A stretch of 63,186 nucleotides of DNA, the filler included, from Octopus bimaculoides (taxonomy: Eukaryota): the NCBI RefSeq assembly GCF_001194135.2. It is 4 parts of 4 records of this genome, joined end to end, with 100 filler letters (N's around TTAATTAATTAA, not from the genome) between each part and the next. Parts side by side here need not be neighbours in the genome. Positions count along the whole stretch, not along the records: positions 61,503 to 63,186 come from NW_026319476.1; 3 more parts are not named here. The stretch is one strand, 5' to 3'. The notes below the pieces were generated by a model. It was not told the origin of the DNA. It saw only the letters and a program-made list of their open reading frames with translations, and searched no databases. This document shows, one piece after another, positions 62,440 to 63,186 of this stretch. The translations under genes were made by a program, and so were the position numbers. Position 1 is the first letter of the stretch. The number at the start of each line of letters is the position of its first letter.

Positions 62440-62622
62440 ATATTGTGTATCTGTGTTTGTCCCTCCAACATCGCTTGACAACCGATGCTGGTGTGCTTAG
62501 GTCCCCGTAACCTAGCGGTTCGGCAAAAAGAGACCGATAGAATAAGTACTAGGCTTACAAAGAATAAGTCCTGGGGTCGATTTGATTCGACTAAAGGCGG
62601 TGCTCCAGCATGGCCGCAGTCA
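62440..62622 (+). mobile_element. SINE family B tail, well preserved (head presumably in the gap)
   Basis: CAACATCGCTTGACAACCGATGCTGG...AATAAGTCCTGGGGTCGATTTGATTCGACTAAAGGCGGTGCTCCAGCATGGCCGCAGTC. Confidence 0.92.
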
Positions 62623-62910
62623 TATTATTTTGTTTAAAAGAGTTCCAACTGTCTGCTTTTTATGTTTTATTTATATTCTTGTAAAATTAATGTGGGATAT
62701 AGAATATGGAATATACAATATATAAAATAAAAATGGATGGTGCAATGAAATAAAGTATTGAATGTCTTATTGAATATATGGAATATGTCTTATTGAATAG
62801 ATGAAATATTGAGTGTTCAATATAAAGGATTAAATATATAAAGGCGAATACGTATTTTCTATACCTTGTGGCATTTCATCATGGCCGGTATGACAGACTT
62901 TATATATAGA

Positions 62911-62960
62911 TCAAGATATCTTGATGAGTTCGGTTGAACGAACGAAAGCGTTAATAAAGA
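62911..62960 (+). ncRNA. Degenerate minimal hammerhead-like motif
   Basis: TTGATGA (62921-62927), stem GTTCG/CGAAC with loop GTTGAA, GAAA (62944-62947), GCGTTA, then ATAAA; core C3 is replaced by U. Confidence 0.4.
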
Positions 62961-63186
62961 ATTATCCAAAATTCTGACTGCCTACTTCTTAATATACAAT
63001 ATCTGTACGCTTCTTGCCTAATGCGAGCCCGGAGTAAACTTTTATCGCTTACACTCTTTCAGTATTACGTATCAAAAGTGAAACAATAACTTCTCTATTG
63101 TAATGTGGGCTAATAGTTTCACTAGTAATACTGAAACTATTATCTCACTTACATATATACATGCATACATATATTTATATATGTGT

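Noticed and set aside
400-62481. Most ORFs in the six-frame track ([16 protein letters not shown], poly-S/I/Y/R, X-runs)
   Set aside because: They are translations of microsatellites or N gaps that lack stop codons; there is no protein-like complexity.

Overview
AT-rich, gap-riddled eukaryotic non-coding DNA. The repeat content is typical of an octopus genome; this is inferred from recalled SINE consensus sequences and extreme microsatellite density, not from a search. I find no confidently identifiable protein-coding exon, rRNA, true tRNA or CRISPR array. Nearly all ORFs in the supplied track are microsatellite or N-gap artefacts. The window contains: (i) about 30 copies or fragments of two tRNA-headed SINE families (called A and B here) plus several other interspersed repeat families; (ii) degraded transposase/RT fossils found by hand translation across stops and frameshifts: one mariner, three hAT (two Buster/Charlie-type, one zinc-finger type), a Penelope-like RT core, a Tx1/L1-like 3' end, an R4/Dong-like endonuclease C-terminus, and weaker Tigger, Ty3/gypsy, BEL/Pao and CR1-like hints; (iii) many di-, tri- and tetranucleotide repeats; (iv) three N44-TTAATTAATTAA-N44 scaffolding spacers. 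The most interesting unexplained theme is a scatter of Penelope-type minimal hammerhead-ribozyme-like motifs and fold-back hairpins on short non-coding repeats. The best-preserved is at 11821-11870 (minus strand), and another lies beside a Penelope RT fragment at 7941-8054. Element boundaries are approximate (about +/-20 nt) unless exact motifs are quoted.
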